A stretch of DNA of 64,000 nucleotides. It comes from Centroscyllium fabricii. Its lineage: Eukaryota. The notes under the pieces are model-generated. The model saw only the letters and a list, made by a program, of their open reading frames with translations. It was not told the origin of the DNA and ran no database searches. The stretch covers positions 129,704,001 through 129,768,000 of the forward strand of contig JBNRSN020000009.1 of NCBI GenBank assembly GCA_051313645.2. Reading direction: 5' to 3'. The stretch's first letter is position 1. Every line of letters starts with the position of its first letter. Both the position numbers and the translations under genes were made by a program. Shown here piece by piece: positions 24,723-37,392 of the stretch.

Positions 24723-25603
24723 CGTTCATGCTCCACCAATGAGAGACTGGTGCGACCCAACTGCATTGGTTCGGGACCCACTGGCTGTGACCCTGCTGTC
24801 GCAGTAGACCTGGGCGCCACGAATATCTCTTGAGACCGTTTCGGAGGAGGTCGACCAGTCGTTCCCAGTCGTCTCTCACGTCGACGCGCCTGGATACGGA
24901 GATCGATCCTGGTGGCAAGACTAATTAGTTCATCCAGGGTGGAAGGGAGATCATAGGAGACCAGTTCATCCTTGATGTACTCTGCAAGCCCATGAAGAAA
25001 AACGTCACATAATGCAGCAGAGTTCCAATCACTCTGACGAGCTCTGATTCGGAAGTCTATGGAATAGTCGGCCACTGTCTGATTACCCTGGCTCAGATTC
25101 ATGAGTCCCCGAGCTGCTTCAGAGCCGTAGGTCACCATGCCGAATACCTTTCTTAATTCGATGGCGAACATCTGGAAGGAAGAGCAAGCCAGAGTCTCTC
25201 TCTCCCACTCGGCGGTTCCCCAGAGACGAGCTCTTCCTGTAAGGTGGTTAATAGCAAAGGCTACCCTTGCCGCCTCATTGGCAAAGGTGTGGGGTTGCAA
25301 TGAAAAAAGAATGGAACAGTTTGTGAGGAAGGGATTGCATTGCTCAGGTTCACCGGCATAACGCTCCGGGACCCCGACCCGGGGTTCGGGTGTGAGGCCT
25401 TGTGGGTGAGGCATGGTTGCCGACCCCGATGCTGGAGCAAGAACTGGTGGTAGTAGGGTCCCTGCCGGATTCGAAGCTGCCTGTTGGATCCGGGCGGCGG
25501 TTAGCTGCTCAACTCGGGCTGTTAGCCCCTCCAAGGTCTGCCCCAGTTGTTGTAGGAGGCCCTCGATCTGCGCAAGACGATTCGGTGTGTCTGCTGGGTC
25601 CAT
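24635..25603 (-). CDS. Gag of provirus C
   Basis: MDPADTP start, retrotransposon gag core ([11 protein letters not shown]), EPMQLG, and [14 protein letters not shown] zinc knuckle. Confidence 0.9.
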   Translation of the reverse strand: MDPADTPNRLAQIEGLLQQLGQTLEGLTARVEQLTAARIQQAASNPAGTLLPPVLAPASGSATMPHPQGLTPEPRVGVPERYAGEPEQCNPFLTNCSILFSLQPHTFANEAARVAFAINHLTGRARLWGTAEWERETLACSSFQMFAIELRKVFGMVTYGSEAARGLMNLSQGNQTVADYSIDFRIRARQSDWNSAALCDVFLHGLAEYIKDELVSYDLPSTLDELISLATRIDLRIQARRRERRLGTTGRPPPKRSQEIFVAPRSTATAGSQPVGPEPMQLGRTSLSLVEHERCRQGNLCLYCGQAGHFVSQCPAKGRTHQ

Positions 25604-26171
25604 TTCTGGCCAGATCGTTCTGTAACGGTTGTAGGTTGGGCCCAAATGCAATACACCGAAAACATACGTAGAAGTAAACTCCTTTATTTCCGAGCAGTCA
25701 AAGACATGGGAAACAGTAGGTCAATAACGGCAGAAAGTTCACGGAGGCAACAAGTCCAAAACAGAGTTCAGGCAGGAGAGAATCCAAATTCAGAAACAGT
25801 AAGCAGGTCAGTATCACGAACAGACAGGATCAGAGAGCTAGGAACTAAACACATGTATCACAGTCAGGAAGAAATAACGATCTGGCAACCTCATGGTGAA
25901 AAGTGGGAGTTTATATACAGCTCTAGATACTACTGGTTAATCTGGGCTGTCCAATCAGGTGCATGCAGTAGTTAACGAGGTGCTGACCAGTTTAAAGGAG
26001 AAGAGCCCACCTAGGAGTTAAAGGGGAATCTAACCTATGACACTTCTAGTGAAAGATTATCAAAACCTGTGTATAATGTCTTTTTCTTCCTGTATCTGTC
26101 CTCTTCTGAGGGCAATGATTCATGCTGGAGTCTTCCACTGAAGGTATTGTTGTAATACCCAGCTATCAATC

Positions 26172-26695
26172 TCTTCTCTTCTTAAGCAGTCCCTCGGAAC
26201 CGAGGATGACTTGCTTCCACTAAAAATGAGTTCTGAGGTGACTGATGAGTCCAATGCAGGACCTACAGTCTCTGTCACAGGTGGGGCAGACAGTGGTTGA
26301 AGGGGTGGGTGGATGGGTGGGTTGCTTGGGTTGACGTGCGCTCCTTCCGCTGTTTGCACTTGGCTTCCGCTTGCTCCCGGCGAAGAGATAGGAGGTGTTC
26401 GGCACCTTCCTGAATGCTTCTCCTCCACTTTGTGCGGTCTTGTGCCAGGGATTCCCAAGTGTCGGTCTGCATGTTGCACTTTTTCAAGGAGGCTTTGAGG
26501 GTGTCCTTGAAGCGCTTCCTCTGCCCACCTGGGGCTCTCTTGCCGTGTCGGAGCTCCGAGTAGAGCGCTTGTTTTGGGAGCCTCGTATCGGGCATGTGGA
26601 CGATGCGACCCGTCCATCGGAGCTGAGCGAGCGTATCAAAGCTTCGATACTGCGGATGTTGGCCTGAGCGAGAACACTGATGTTGTTGCGCTGAT
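26172..26695 (-). mobile_element. RTE-clade LINE 3' fragment
   Basis: LRWTGRIVHMPDTRLPKQALYSEL..GGQRKRFKDTLK and a C-terminal CPTC...HLRTH finger. Confidence 0.85.
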
Positions 26696-26769
26696 CCCAA
26701 TCACCGTTATTATATAGACCTATAAAAAGGACATTAAAAGTTTGGTTAATAACCAGGAATAAGCAATTC

Positions 26770-27215
26770 AACAGCAACAACAACAACTTGCCTTTATATA
26801 GCGCCTTTAACATAGCAAAACATCTCAAACTGCTTCATAGGAGCGTACTCAGACAAACATTGACACTGAGCCAAAGGAAGAGATATTAGGAAATGTGACC
26901 AACAGTTTGGTCAAAGAGGTCGGTTTTAAGGAGGGTCATAATGGTAGAGTGGTTTAGAGAGGGAATTCCAGAGCTTATGGCCTGGACGCCTGAAGGTACA
27001 GCCGCCAATGGTGGGCTGAAGGAAGTGGGGGCAAGGACAAGAGGCCAGAGTTGGAGGAAAGCAAAGTTCTCAGAGGGTTGTAGGACTGAAGAAGGTTACA
27101 GAGATAGGGAAGGGCGAGGCCATGAAGAGATATTAACACGAGAATTTTAAATTGGAGGCATTGGGAGACCGGGAGCCAATGTAGGTCAGTGAGTAGAGTT
27201 GTGATGGGTGAGTTG
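26770..27215 (-). mobile_element. L2 LINE 3' fragment
   Basis: LHWLPVSQCLQFKILVL...PYLCNLLQSYNPLRTL motif and (TTG)n tail. Confidence 0.75.
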
Positions 27216-27961
27216 AAAAACGGTGCGGGTTCCCTCACAGTGGTGCCGATCTGAATCTGAAGCATTCAAACCCGCTGGAATTTACTGTTGGCTGCGTGGG
27301 AGGCAACACTAGGCGTGAACGCAGGTCACTGGGCTGTCTCTCCAGCGACAGGTCTGCTGATATTTTGTCTGCTGACTTTTGATGTGTTATTGCTGTGCGT
27401 AGCAGCAAGGCTTGACTTCAGCTATCAGCAGCTCTGCCTGATAGAGCAGATAAGGTTTCTAAACAAACTGTAATTATCATTCCAGAAGCAGCATGTCGCT
27501 GGCAATGTACACAGGAAGCCCAGGGCTTCATGTCCCAGGCTGCCACGAGGTGTGCGGCATTCGTAGGCTGGCCCGGGTTGGCATGTAGTTTAATTACTAC
27601 TTGTGTTCTCACACGCTGGGGTACGGTTCCAGCAGTGCTGCCACCTTGTCCAAACAGCCACTTTTCATTTTGGGAACATTACCAGTTATTTCAATTCACT
27701 TTTGGGGTGTGGGCGTCGCTGGCAAGGCCGGCATTTATTGCCTGTCCCTAGCTGCTCCTGTGAAAGTGGGTGCTGGGCCTTGTTCTTGAGCCGCTGCAGT
27801 TTGTGTGGTGAAGGTGCTCCCACCGTGCATGATGGCTGGCTATTTAACTGTGCATGACATCGGGGCGCGCATAGACGCAGTGGCTTTGCGTCTCCCAGGA
27901 TGGTGCTGTCCGCTCATTGTTCCTGTACTGGTTCTGGGTCTGTTCGCTCGGAGGGGATGGC

Positions 27962-28290
27962 GGGGCCAGCGTGGCCGGAGCGCCGGGGCTGGCGTGGCCG
28001 GAGCACCGGGGCTGGCGTGGCCGGAGCACCGGGGTCGGCGTGTTCGGAGCGCCGGGGCTGGCGTGGTCGGAGCACCGGGGTCACCATGATTGGAGCGCCA
28101 GGGCCTGCGTGGTCGGAGCACCAGGGCCTGCATGGTCGGAGCACCAGGGCCTGCATGGTTGGAGCACCGGGGTCACCGTGGTCGGAGCACCAGGGCCTGC
28201 GTGGTTGGAGCAACGGGGTCACCGTGGTCGGAGCGCCGGGGCCGTCGTGGTCGGAGCACCGGGGCCGTCGTGGTCAGAGCACCGGGGTCA
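27962..28290. repeat. GC-rich minisatellite, 23-bp unit, about 14 copies
   Basis: Unit GGGGCTGGCGTGGCCGGAGCACC and variants. Confidence 0.9.
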
Positions 28291-28394
28291 GTGTCGGTGG
28301 CGGATGGAATGGATCAGACTGGGACTTACAGGAGAGGACATTTTAATATCAGCATCATTTCTTGGGAGTTTGCAAGTTTGCATTTTGTTGTAAT

Positions 28395-29164
28395 GGGCCA
28401 GAAATTAGGGTCGGAGGCTTGCTGCGTGTGCAAACCTCCAAAGTGCACTTACCTTCCGCACCTGCATTTAGGTGATTTCTCGCCTAGGACTTCCGATGCG
28501 AGGCCCTCCGAGGTCCTTGTGAAATGTCAGCGCGCCGCGCTGGTGCATCTGAACATCGGAGTTAGTGGGAAGCTTCCCGCAGGATCATGTGGTCCGCGGG
28601 GAGCCAATCGGAGCAAAGAATGCTCCATTCCTAAGTTTGACAGGAAGAGCTGTCAGACTTATGAATACTACAGCCCCAAAACCACATTCAATCTTAACAT
28701 TTTTTTTTTTTTAAATCACATTTTTTTAAATTACTATCAATGACATAAATTAGCTATTTTAAACAAAAATTAAAAATTTTGAAAAAAAATATATATAAAA
28801 TAGTTACCTACAAATCAACTTACCGTTCCTTAAATTTCTAAAAAATGAGAAACCTGTGGAAAAAATGCTTAAATTGAATAAAATAAAGACTTACCTGATG
28901 AAATTGACTCTTTACCGATGAAAATATCAGCGGTAACTTTTTCCAATACTTACCCTAATACAAACCTGTGAAAAAATCGGAAGTTCACTGCGCACCTCCC
29001 GCTGCGCAGGCCAACGCGCTCCGGCTCCTGGCCCCTTCAGTCAGGGCATCGGAATTGCCGGTTTCGCGCGCATGCACGGTGCATACCGGAAACCGGCAAT
29101 TCCGAGAGGCCCGCGCGTGAGTACACCGTCCGTACTCGCGCGTTGGGCCCCTAATTTCTGGGCC
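28395..29164. mobile_element. PIF/Harbinger-like MITE
   Basis: TIRs GGGCCAGAAATTAGGG / CCCTAATTTCTGGGCC, flanks AAT/ATT, AT-rich centre. Confidence 0.7.
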
Positions 29165-29367
29165 ATTGTGTTTGTTCACTTTGCATTAACAATAAAATTG
29201 AATTGAATTGAATTGAAACCCGATCCCATCCACTCTCAAGCGCCCACATACATGCACTTTCCAGAGTAGCGATCAGTAGCAAGAAACCCGGCTGATTTTC
29301 TTTCTTCTCCTTTTCCTACTTTGGCCAATTTTACTGTCCTTCCTTCTGTCCTACACCACATGAACCC

Positions 29368-30880
29368 GATAAACTCGGGAACAGTACCCATGGATTGGAG
29401 GGTAGCAAATGTTACCCCACTATTTAAAAAAGAGGGTAGAGAAAAAGCAGGGAATTATAGACCAGTAAGCCTTACATCAGTCGTGGGCAAAATGCTAGAG
29501 TCCATTATTAAGGATTTAATAGCGGAGCACTTGACAAATAGGGATGGGATCGGACAGAGTCAACATGGATTTACAAAAGGTAAATCGTGCTTGACTAATC
29601 TATTGGAATTCTTTGAGGAAGTAACAGGTAAAATAGATGGGGGAGAGCCAGTAGATGTGGTGTACCTTGACTTCCAGAAAGCCTTCGATAAGGTCCCACA
29701 TAAAAGATTAGCATGCAAAATCAAGGCTCATGGGATTGGGGGCAAAGTATTGACGTGGATAGAGAACTGGCTGCCAGATAGAAAACAGAGAGTTGGAATA
29801 AACGGCTCGTTCTCTGAGTGGCAGGCGGTGACTACTGGGGTGCCGCAGGGATCTGTCCTGGGACCCCAGCTGTTCACAATATATATTAATGATCTGGACC
29901 AGGGAATTGGATGCAACATCTCCAAATTTGCAGATGACACTAAACTAGGAGGTGGGTGGACTCTGAAGAGGATGTCAGGAAGCTCCAGTGCGATTTGGAC
30001 AAGTTGGGGGAATGGGCGGATACATGGCAAATGCACTATAATGTGGATAAATGTGAGGTTATCCACTTTGGGGGCAAAAACAGGAGGGCAGATTATTATT
30101 TAAATGGCAATAGATTGGGAGATGGGGAAGTGCAGAGAGACCTGGGTGTTCTTGTGCACCAGTCACTGAGGGCATGCAGGTGCAACAGGCGGTTAAGAAG
30201 ACAAATGGTATGTTGGCCTTCATATCAAGAGGGTTCGAGTATAGGAATAAGGATACCTTACTACAGCTGTACAAGGCACTGGTGAGACCACACCTTGGGT
30301 ATTGTGTACAGTTTTGGTCGCCTCATCTGAGGAAGGATGTTCTTGCCATGGAAGGAGTGCAGCGGCGATTCACCAGGATGATACCTGGAATGGCAGGAAT
30401 GACCTACGAGGAGAGATTGTGTAGTTTGGGCTTGTACTCGCTGGAGTTTAGAAGATTGAGAGGGGATCTCATCGAAACATATAAAATTCTGACAGGCCTG
30501 GACAGGTTAAATTCAGAAAGAATGTTTCCAATGGCGGGGGAGTCCAGAACCAGGGGCCACAGTCTAAGGATAAGGGGTAAACCATTTAGGACAGATATGA
30601 GGAAGAATTTCTTCACCCAGAGAGTGGTGAGCCTGTGGAATTCCTTGCCACAGAGGGCAGTGGAGGCCAGTTCATTAAATATATTTAAGAGGGAATTGGA
30701 TATATTTCTTCAGGCTAAAGGGATTAAGGGTTACGGAGAGAAGGTGGGGACGGGGTACTGAACTTGAAAGATCAGCCATGATCTCAGCCAAAGATCAGCC
30801 ATGATCTCATTGAATGGTGGAGCAGGCTCGAAGGGCCGAATGGCCTACTCCTGCTCCTATCTTCTATGTTTCTATGTTTC
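29368..30880 (+). mobile_element. CR1 LINE 3' 1.5 kb (RT domain, frameshifted)
   Basis: NYRPVSLTS, QHGF, YLDFQKAFDKV, GVPQGS and FADD motifs spread over three frames, plus a TTCTATGT tail. Confidence 0.95.
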
Positions 30881-31412
30881 TTTTACTCTGGCTGGTACCA
30901 TATAGGCTTAGGAAGCTCATCCGAAGGTTCTCAGTTTCGCATTAACTCTTCGGTTGCTGGGCACTGTCTAGGGAAATTGCAGTTGCCGTGGGCTGGCCAT
31001 TGGTTTAAGTTTTTAACTCAAGTTGCTGAGGTGCTAAAACAAACACTAGTAATGCAGTAATAAAACTACTTATAGGTCTACTGGTGCTTGTCACGCAGGG
31101 ACCACCCTACCCGTTAAGGCGTTGGCTTGTGGAATGATAGCAGGAGGATGGAGTCAAGGAGGAAGAATCCCAAACCCCAGCGACAGACTTACCTTCCCAG
31201 GTCCCAACTATTTCCATTGGCAGGAGGGTTGATAACCAGTGCACACATGGCGGAGGTGGTGACGTAGTGGTTATGTCACTAGACTAGTAAGCCAGAGGCT
31301 CAGTCAAATGCTCTGAGGATATGGGTTCAAATCCCACCATGGCAGCTGGTGGAATTTAAATTCAATCCAATTTAATTCTAGAATTAAATGTTAGTCTTAG
31401 TAATGGTGACCA

Positions 31413-31820
31413 TAGAAACATAGAAACATAGAAACTAGGAGCAGGAGTAGGCCATTCGGCTCTTCGAGCCTGCTCCGCCATTCAACGAGATCATGGCTGA
31501 TCATCCAAACCCAGCACCCCGCCCCTGCCCTCTCCCCATATCCCTCGATCCCTATCGAGCCTGCATCGACACATATCCCACCCTATCCCCGTAACCCCAC
31601 ATATTCAATCGCCCTAACACTAAGGGTCAATTTATCCTGGCCAATCAACCTAACCCGCACATCTTTGGACTGTGGGAGGAAACCGGAGCACCCGAAGGAA
31701 TCCCACGCAGACACGGGGAGAATGTGCAAACTCCACACAGATAGTACCCGAGGCTGGATTTGAACCCGGGTCTCCAGTGCTGTGAGACAACAGTGCTAAC
31801 CACTGTGCCACCATGCCGCC
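31413..31820 (-). mobile_element. HE1/V-SINE with CR1-type tail
   Basis: Minus strand has GGTGGCACAGTGGTTAGCACTG..GGTTCAAATCC and the V-domain GTGTGGAGTTTGCACATTCTCCCCGTG..TTTCCTCCCACAGTCCAAAGA, with a (TTTCTATG)n tail. Confidence 0.85.
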
Positions 31821-31876
31821 CCATGATACCATTGTCGATTGTTGCAAAAACCCATCTGGTTCACTAATGTCCTTTA

Positions 31877-32455
31877 AGGCCCTGTCACACCTAGGCGTTT
31901 TAGCCAGCGTATGCAAATTTGGCTAAAACGCTGAATTTTTGACTTTTTTTCAGTTTTGGGTGTATAATAGCGTATTCATAACGTATGCATAACGTATTAG
32001 TAACGTACACAGAACGTATCGATAACTTACAGATAACTTATACCAACGAATGCTTAGCGTGTTGTCGGCGTTCACAACTTATGCCCAACGATAGTCTAAC
32101 GTATGCATAGCGCGCGGCAGCGTATCGCCGACATTTTAGATAAATTTTGATACGTTGGCATACTAAATCGTCAAGTTGTGACAGGGCATGACAGGGGCAC
32201 AGGTAAAGTGTGTTCAACGATCGCCTAACGTGCCTACAACGTATGGCCAGCGTATGCGGAACGTGTGAGTCATACGCTGGATAAGTCGAGATTTTTTATG
32301 CATGCTCAAAAATTCTCGACTTACTCGAAGTACAACGACGTATGCCCAGCGTATGCCCAGCGTTCTCGTAACGTACCCATAACGTATCCGACGTAACCCA
32401 GCGTTTTAGCCAAATTTGCATACGCTGGCTAAAACGTCTAGGTGTGACAGGGCCT
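31877..32455. mobile_element. PIF/Harbinger MITE
   Basis: 57-bp TIRs (AGGCCCTGTCACACCTAG...) with one mismatch, TTA duplication, many internal CGTATG motifs. Confidence 0.9.
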
Positions 32456-32990
32456 TTAGGGAAGGAAATCTGCCGTCCTTTCCTGGTCTGGCCTACATGT
32501 GACTCCAGACCCACAGCAATGTGGTTGACTCTTAATGCCCTCTGAAATGGCCCAGCAAGCCACTCAGTTGTAAACAACCGCGACGCAACATTGTGTGTGT
32601 ACCTACACCATATGGACTGCAGCGGTTCAAGAAGGCGGCTCACCACCATCTTCTCAAGGGCAGTTAGGGATGGGCACTAAATGCAGGCTTAGCCAGCGAC
32701 GCCCACATCCCATCAACGAAAAAAAAAACACAGGTTGGCAAAAGGACCAGAGGGCAGATGATGTGAATTTATTTTTACGCAGCGAGTTGTTACGATCTGG
32801 ATTGCACGGCCTGAAAGGATGGAGGAAACGGATCCAAAAGTGACTTTCAAAAGGGAATTGATTATATACTTGAAAAGGAAACATCTGCAGGCCGATGGGG
32901 AATAGACAGGAGGAGTGGGATTAGTTGGACAGCTCTTTCAAAGAGTCAGCACAGGTACAATGGGCTGAATGGCCTCCTGTGCTGTAAGAT

Positions 32991-33560
32991 AGCACCCCGG
33001 AAAATTTATCGCCCCCGCGCCTGAAATTGAGTGGTTGCGCCCCTCTTGGGGCGCTGCAATTCAATATTGCGGCGCTATGTGGTGTTGCGGCGCGTCACGC
33101 CACGGTATTGCAGGCCTTCCTCCCCTTCTTGAAGGGGAGGGACCTTGCGCAGCGCGACCCGGGACCCAGCTGGGCCCCCGGGGATCGGGAGTGCCGGAAA
33201 AAGAGCCCGGCACTCACGAGACGTGCTGGGATCATGGAGCGCAGCCGGCACTCCGCAGGGGGTGTGGGTGCGGTTCAGGAGGCCGGGGACGGGAGCGCAG
33301 GCAGGTGCCGGCAGGCGGCCAGCAACAAAAATGGCCGCCCCGCGCCGCCCCGCGCCGCCCCGGCTGCAGGTAGGCCCCCCTGACCCCGGCAGCCGGGGCG
33401 CAAGCAGACGCCATCGCTGGTGGCATTGGATGCTACCTGTTAGCGCCATCACTAACCTCCCGCTGAATTTTGCGGGAGGCATGGGTGGCACCGCGCCCTG
33501 GCACTAGTTGCTTTGCGCCCCGTTAGCGCCCTCTAAGCAAAGCTACTCAATTTTTCCCCC
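32991..33560. mobile_element. GC-rich MITE-like element in a CR1-type tail
   Basis: Related to 16925-17586. Flanked by GTGCTGTAAGAT on the left and TATGATTCT on the right. The left end is approximate. Confidence 0.55.
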
Positions 33561-33808
33561 TATGATTCTCTGATGAGCCAGGCCGACTAGTCAGCCGCTT
33601 AACCTCCCTGCAACCCAGTTCAGAGAGGCACCCAAACCCTGGATAAAAGGGCACGTGTTCACTTTGACCTCATGTCTCAATACCATCTCACTCCTGCTTT
33701 GGGGCAAGATTCCTTATTCACTTTGCAGTTCAGTTATTCAACACAGGAGTAGGTTTATTTAAATGTTGCGAGAGCAAATTCAATGAAAGTTTGTGTTTTC
33801 TTTTATAG

Positions 33809-33953
33809 CAACATTCTCAACGGGTCAGCTGTCTGTGTATACAAGATGGCCGACATTATAATGGCCTTCAAAGGAGAATTTTCACACAAAGAGGGTCCTG
33901 ACTACAAGTGGATGACCTATCCGGGACGCGTCCCCTTCCCTCGCCCCGGAACG
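33809..33953 (+). CDS. SEMA3: Class-3 semaphorin exon (145 bp)
   Basis: ttttatAG / GTGAGT boundaries. Reads SNILNGSAVCVYKMADI...HKEGPDYKW..YPGRVPFPRPGT, a Sema-domain signature. Confidence 0.96.
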
Positions 33954-34296
33954 GTGAGTGATGTTAACAATCTCTGAGGTCAGTGTTGTGCCAGTGAGCA
34001 CTGTGCTCTGGGCTGTATCATCGGAAGGAGTGTGTCTCATTGATTTAAAACTGAAACTCTTTTTTCTCTCTCAATCTGATGCATTAATCTGGGATAATTG
34101 CTACATCGCATCCATATAACGGGTGAAGAATGTGAAATAAGATAAGAAAGCATGGGAGAGGAAAATGGCCATCAAATTCAAACCTTCTATGGGCCTCATG
34201 CAATCTGTTCTATCATAGACTATGGAAGAAAGAGAGAGAGAAATCGGGATCACCCAGCATTAGCATTAGGTTTACACGCCATTTGCATTATAAGAA

Positions 34297-34593
34297 TGTG
34301 GTAAACCATAATACCGTTTACCACCACGTTATCTACTGTTACACTGCACTGTACATAGTTACCTGTAATACCGTTCGCCCCCACTATTGTATTGTATCGT
34401 ATAGTTACCTCTTACCTCGGAGGACTTGGTCAGCTCAGGCTCCACCCACCTACAGAGGATAAAGGCAGCTGCCTGCTGGCCTCCCCCCATTTCCAGGACT
34501 CGACTGTGGTGGTGGCCGGTGCTCCAGTTCTCTGCTAATAAAAGCCTTAGTTATATCTCAACTCAATCTTCGAGTATAATTGATCGTTTATCA
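34297..34593 (+). mobile_element. Gypsy solo LTR (TGTGGTAAACC type)
   Basis: TG...CA termini, TSD AAGAA, AATAAAAGCC. Confidence 0.88.
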
Positions 34594-35045
34594 AAGAACA
34601 TAAGAAATAGGAGCTGGAGTCAGCCATTTGGCCCCTCGAGCCTGCTCCACCATTCAATAAGATCATGGCTGATCTTCTACCTCATCTCCACTTTCCTGCA
34701 CTATCCACATATCCCTTGATTCCCTTAATATTCAAAAATCTATCGCTCTCCGTCTTGAATATGCTCAATGACTGAGCCCCCACAGCCCGCTGGGGTAGAG
34801 AATTCCAAAGATTCACCACTCTCTGAGTGAAGAAATTTCTTCTCATCTCAGTTCCAAATGGCCGACCCCTTATTCTGAGACTGTGACCCCTGGTTCTAGA
34901 CTCCCCAGCCAGGGGAAACATCCTCCCTGCATCTACCCTGTCAAGCCCTGTAAGAATTTTACTCAAATCCTCTTGTAGTAAAGGTCAACATACCAGTTGC
35001 TTTCCTGATTGCTTGCTGTACCTGCATGTTAACTTTCAGTGATTA
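34594..35045 (-). mobile_element. CR1 3' fragment
   Basis: ORF 34682-34966: ILTGLDRVD..RTRGHSL..NFFTQRVVNLWNSLP. Confidence 0.88.
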
Positions 35046-35587
35046 TGCAGCATTATCATTCCTTCCCATTAGCATTATGTACCATTAGAAGTGATGACAC
35101 TTCATCAATAATTTATTCCTGAAGACGTGAGTAGCACTATATTTTGATTATGACAGAACACGCTGGAAATCTATTTGAAGTAGAAAAATAGATGAATGTT
35201 TTGGGTGGGACGCTGCGTCAGAACTGGACAATTATTAACTTGAAAACCCTAATCCGGGGATAATTCTGATTCAAACATAAATCCTTTGACAAACCAGTTG
35301 TGTGCTAATCAGGGTTAACCATGTTGGTTTAAGGGAAAATATTGACAAGGACATTTGGACAATTTCTTTGAAAAAGCATTAATTACACTTAATAAGTCAA
35401 TGAGAATGGTCTTCCCTGTATCATACCACATCATTTCAAAACAAGCATCACTCGGAAATTTCTATGTTGTTTTATTGTATACCATCAACCAGAAAACATT
35501 GAGTCATTGGTGAGTTTTCAGCAAAGCCTCAAGCTGCGAAGCCTTATCTGTCACGGTCTTATGCTTGCACGTGTCACTTACTTCCAG

Positions 35588-35807
35588 TGTCCCAGCAGCA
35601 CCTATGGGAGCTACAGGTCAACCCGTGAATACCCGGACGAGGCGATCTTCTTTATCCGGACCCACCCACTCATGCACGACTCGGTCTACCCCGTGAATCA
35701 GCGGCCAGTGCTAGTGCGAGTCGGCGTGGACTACAAGTTTACGCGGCTTGCTGTGGACCGGGTCGAGGCGGTGGACGGACAATATGATGTGATGTTTATC
35801 GGAACAG
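35588..35807 (+). CDS. SEMA3: Class-3 semaphorin exon (220 bp)
   Basis: cttccAG / GTGGGT boundaries. Reads CPSSTYGSYRSTREYPDEAIFFIRTHPLM...VDRVEAVDGQYDVMFIGT. Confidence 0.96.
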
Positions 35808-35872
35808 GTGGGTGGTTTGAGCTGGAATAACTTTATTTTAAAAGCCACCAACCAGCTCTCTGAAAAGATTAT

Positions 35873-36745
35873 GGGTAGGATTTTCCTCAGGCCGTGAGGT
35901 GGGTTTCTGGGCGGGACATCAGCGAAAATAGCAGAAATGGGGGTCCGCGACCCCTCCCGCCGCCTTTCCGCCCGCTTGTCAATTTCACCCGGCGTGTCCG
36001 GTCGGCCCGCCTCAGTCCCGCCCGGCATCGGCGGGGATGCTCGTTAGACTCATTAGGGGCCCTTAATTGGCATCGGTAATGCCATTTTAAGGGCCTCTTG
36101 CTACTTTGACCCTCTTCCCACCCAGAACCCGCCAGGTAGGTACATCGCCGTTGAAAGCTGGTGGGCACCCAATCGGCTGGGTGACTGCCATCTTCAAGGC
36201 AAGGGAAAGAGCAGCTGCACAGTGGCTTGCTGACCTCCAACATGCTGGAGGTGTAACTGGCACCCAAGGGTGTCAAACTTCAGTGCCCAAAGAACTTAAA
36301 ATTACTTACCTGACAGCTGCATCCCACTCACTCACAGACAACGCGCTGCGTCTGTGAAGCAAAGTGTCAATCACCCAGTGGATCAGTTTCTGTTTACATT
36401 CCACTGAAACCACAGAGACAGCCTACTTAAAGCTGTCACTCTTAGATTTATGGTTTCATCTGTTGACATAGCATTATGACATCATAATGCCCTGAAACCA
36501 CAGAAAGAGAAACACCAAGCCTATCAGTACAGCTGCCAATCATAGGCTCTGCTGCTCACACAGGTCAAAGCCTGCCCAGTTTCCAGGCAAAATCTCTCAA
36601 TTGCTAGGATCTTCCCACACTCGGAGACTTAATTGGCCAATTAAGCCAAAATTGCGTGGGGCTTCCACACCCTCCAGAAAGCGGGAAGATAGCGTGATCA
36701 GTGGGGATCCCACCCATTTCCCACACCTTCAGGAAATTCCTGCCC
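35873..36745. mobile_element. PIF/Harbinger-like MITE (old)
   Basis: TIRs GGGTAGGATTTTCCT / AGGAAATTCCTGCCC, flanks TAT/TAC. Confidence 0.6.
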
Positions 36746-37392
36746 TACGTGTTGATAACGACTTTATAATGGGGCATTAAGTTTAAATCAAATTAGTGTC
36801 TTGCTAATTAATCAGTTGTATCAAAATGGCTATTTTGGGTTCGCCTCATCTCCCCACCAGCAAAATAATTACATCAAAACCCTCCAAAATATTTAGCAAA
36901 TGTTTTGCACCACGCGCAAGTTAAAAACTTGGCAAGTGTGCAGAACCGTAAGTGTCAAATGTACCTGTGCATGTTGCAGGATAAGGTAATTGGATAATCT
37001 TCCTCTGGTAAATGTATCCACTGTAGTTACGGGTATTAACCATTGTATTACAGCAGCAACAAGACTGGTGGGACTTCAGCTTAAAAATGTTGTAGGTTGT
37101 TGTTCACTTGGAGGGTATTGCTATCAGTACCAGACTAGTGACCGCCCCCATATCTACCTGTCATATAAACATAGGGAAGGAAAGATGAAGAAAAACCATC
37201 AGGTGCTGCCCTCCCTATCCATTAGACAGAGCAGTCCCATGTACCAGTCTCTTCCACTGCTAGTAGTGCCAACTCCTGGGGGGTGACAAAAATAAAGAGA
37301 AAAAAACAGCTATGGCCAATTTCAGAAAGAACTCTGGGAAATCCCTTCCTGATTCCATAAGGTAAACAAGAACATTCCATGATCCCTGCCCA

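Larger units (their letters stand above)
20601..26042 (-). mobile_element. Full-length chromoviral Gypsy provirus C (Sushi-like)
   Basis: LTRs at 25621-26042 (422 bp) and 20601-21099 (499 bp), TSD CTTCT, PPT at about 21100-21113. Confidence 0.96.
31248..32720 (+). mobile_element. tRNA-derived SINE interrupted by an HE1 SINE and a Harbinger MITE
   Basis: A box (TAGTGG) and B box (GGTTCAAATCCC) head. The body resumes at about 31822 and again at 32456. Confidence 0.6.

Noticed and set aside
27840-28743. Overlapping GC-rich ORFs
   Set aside because: Produced by the 23-bp minisatellite and the adjacent MITE.
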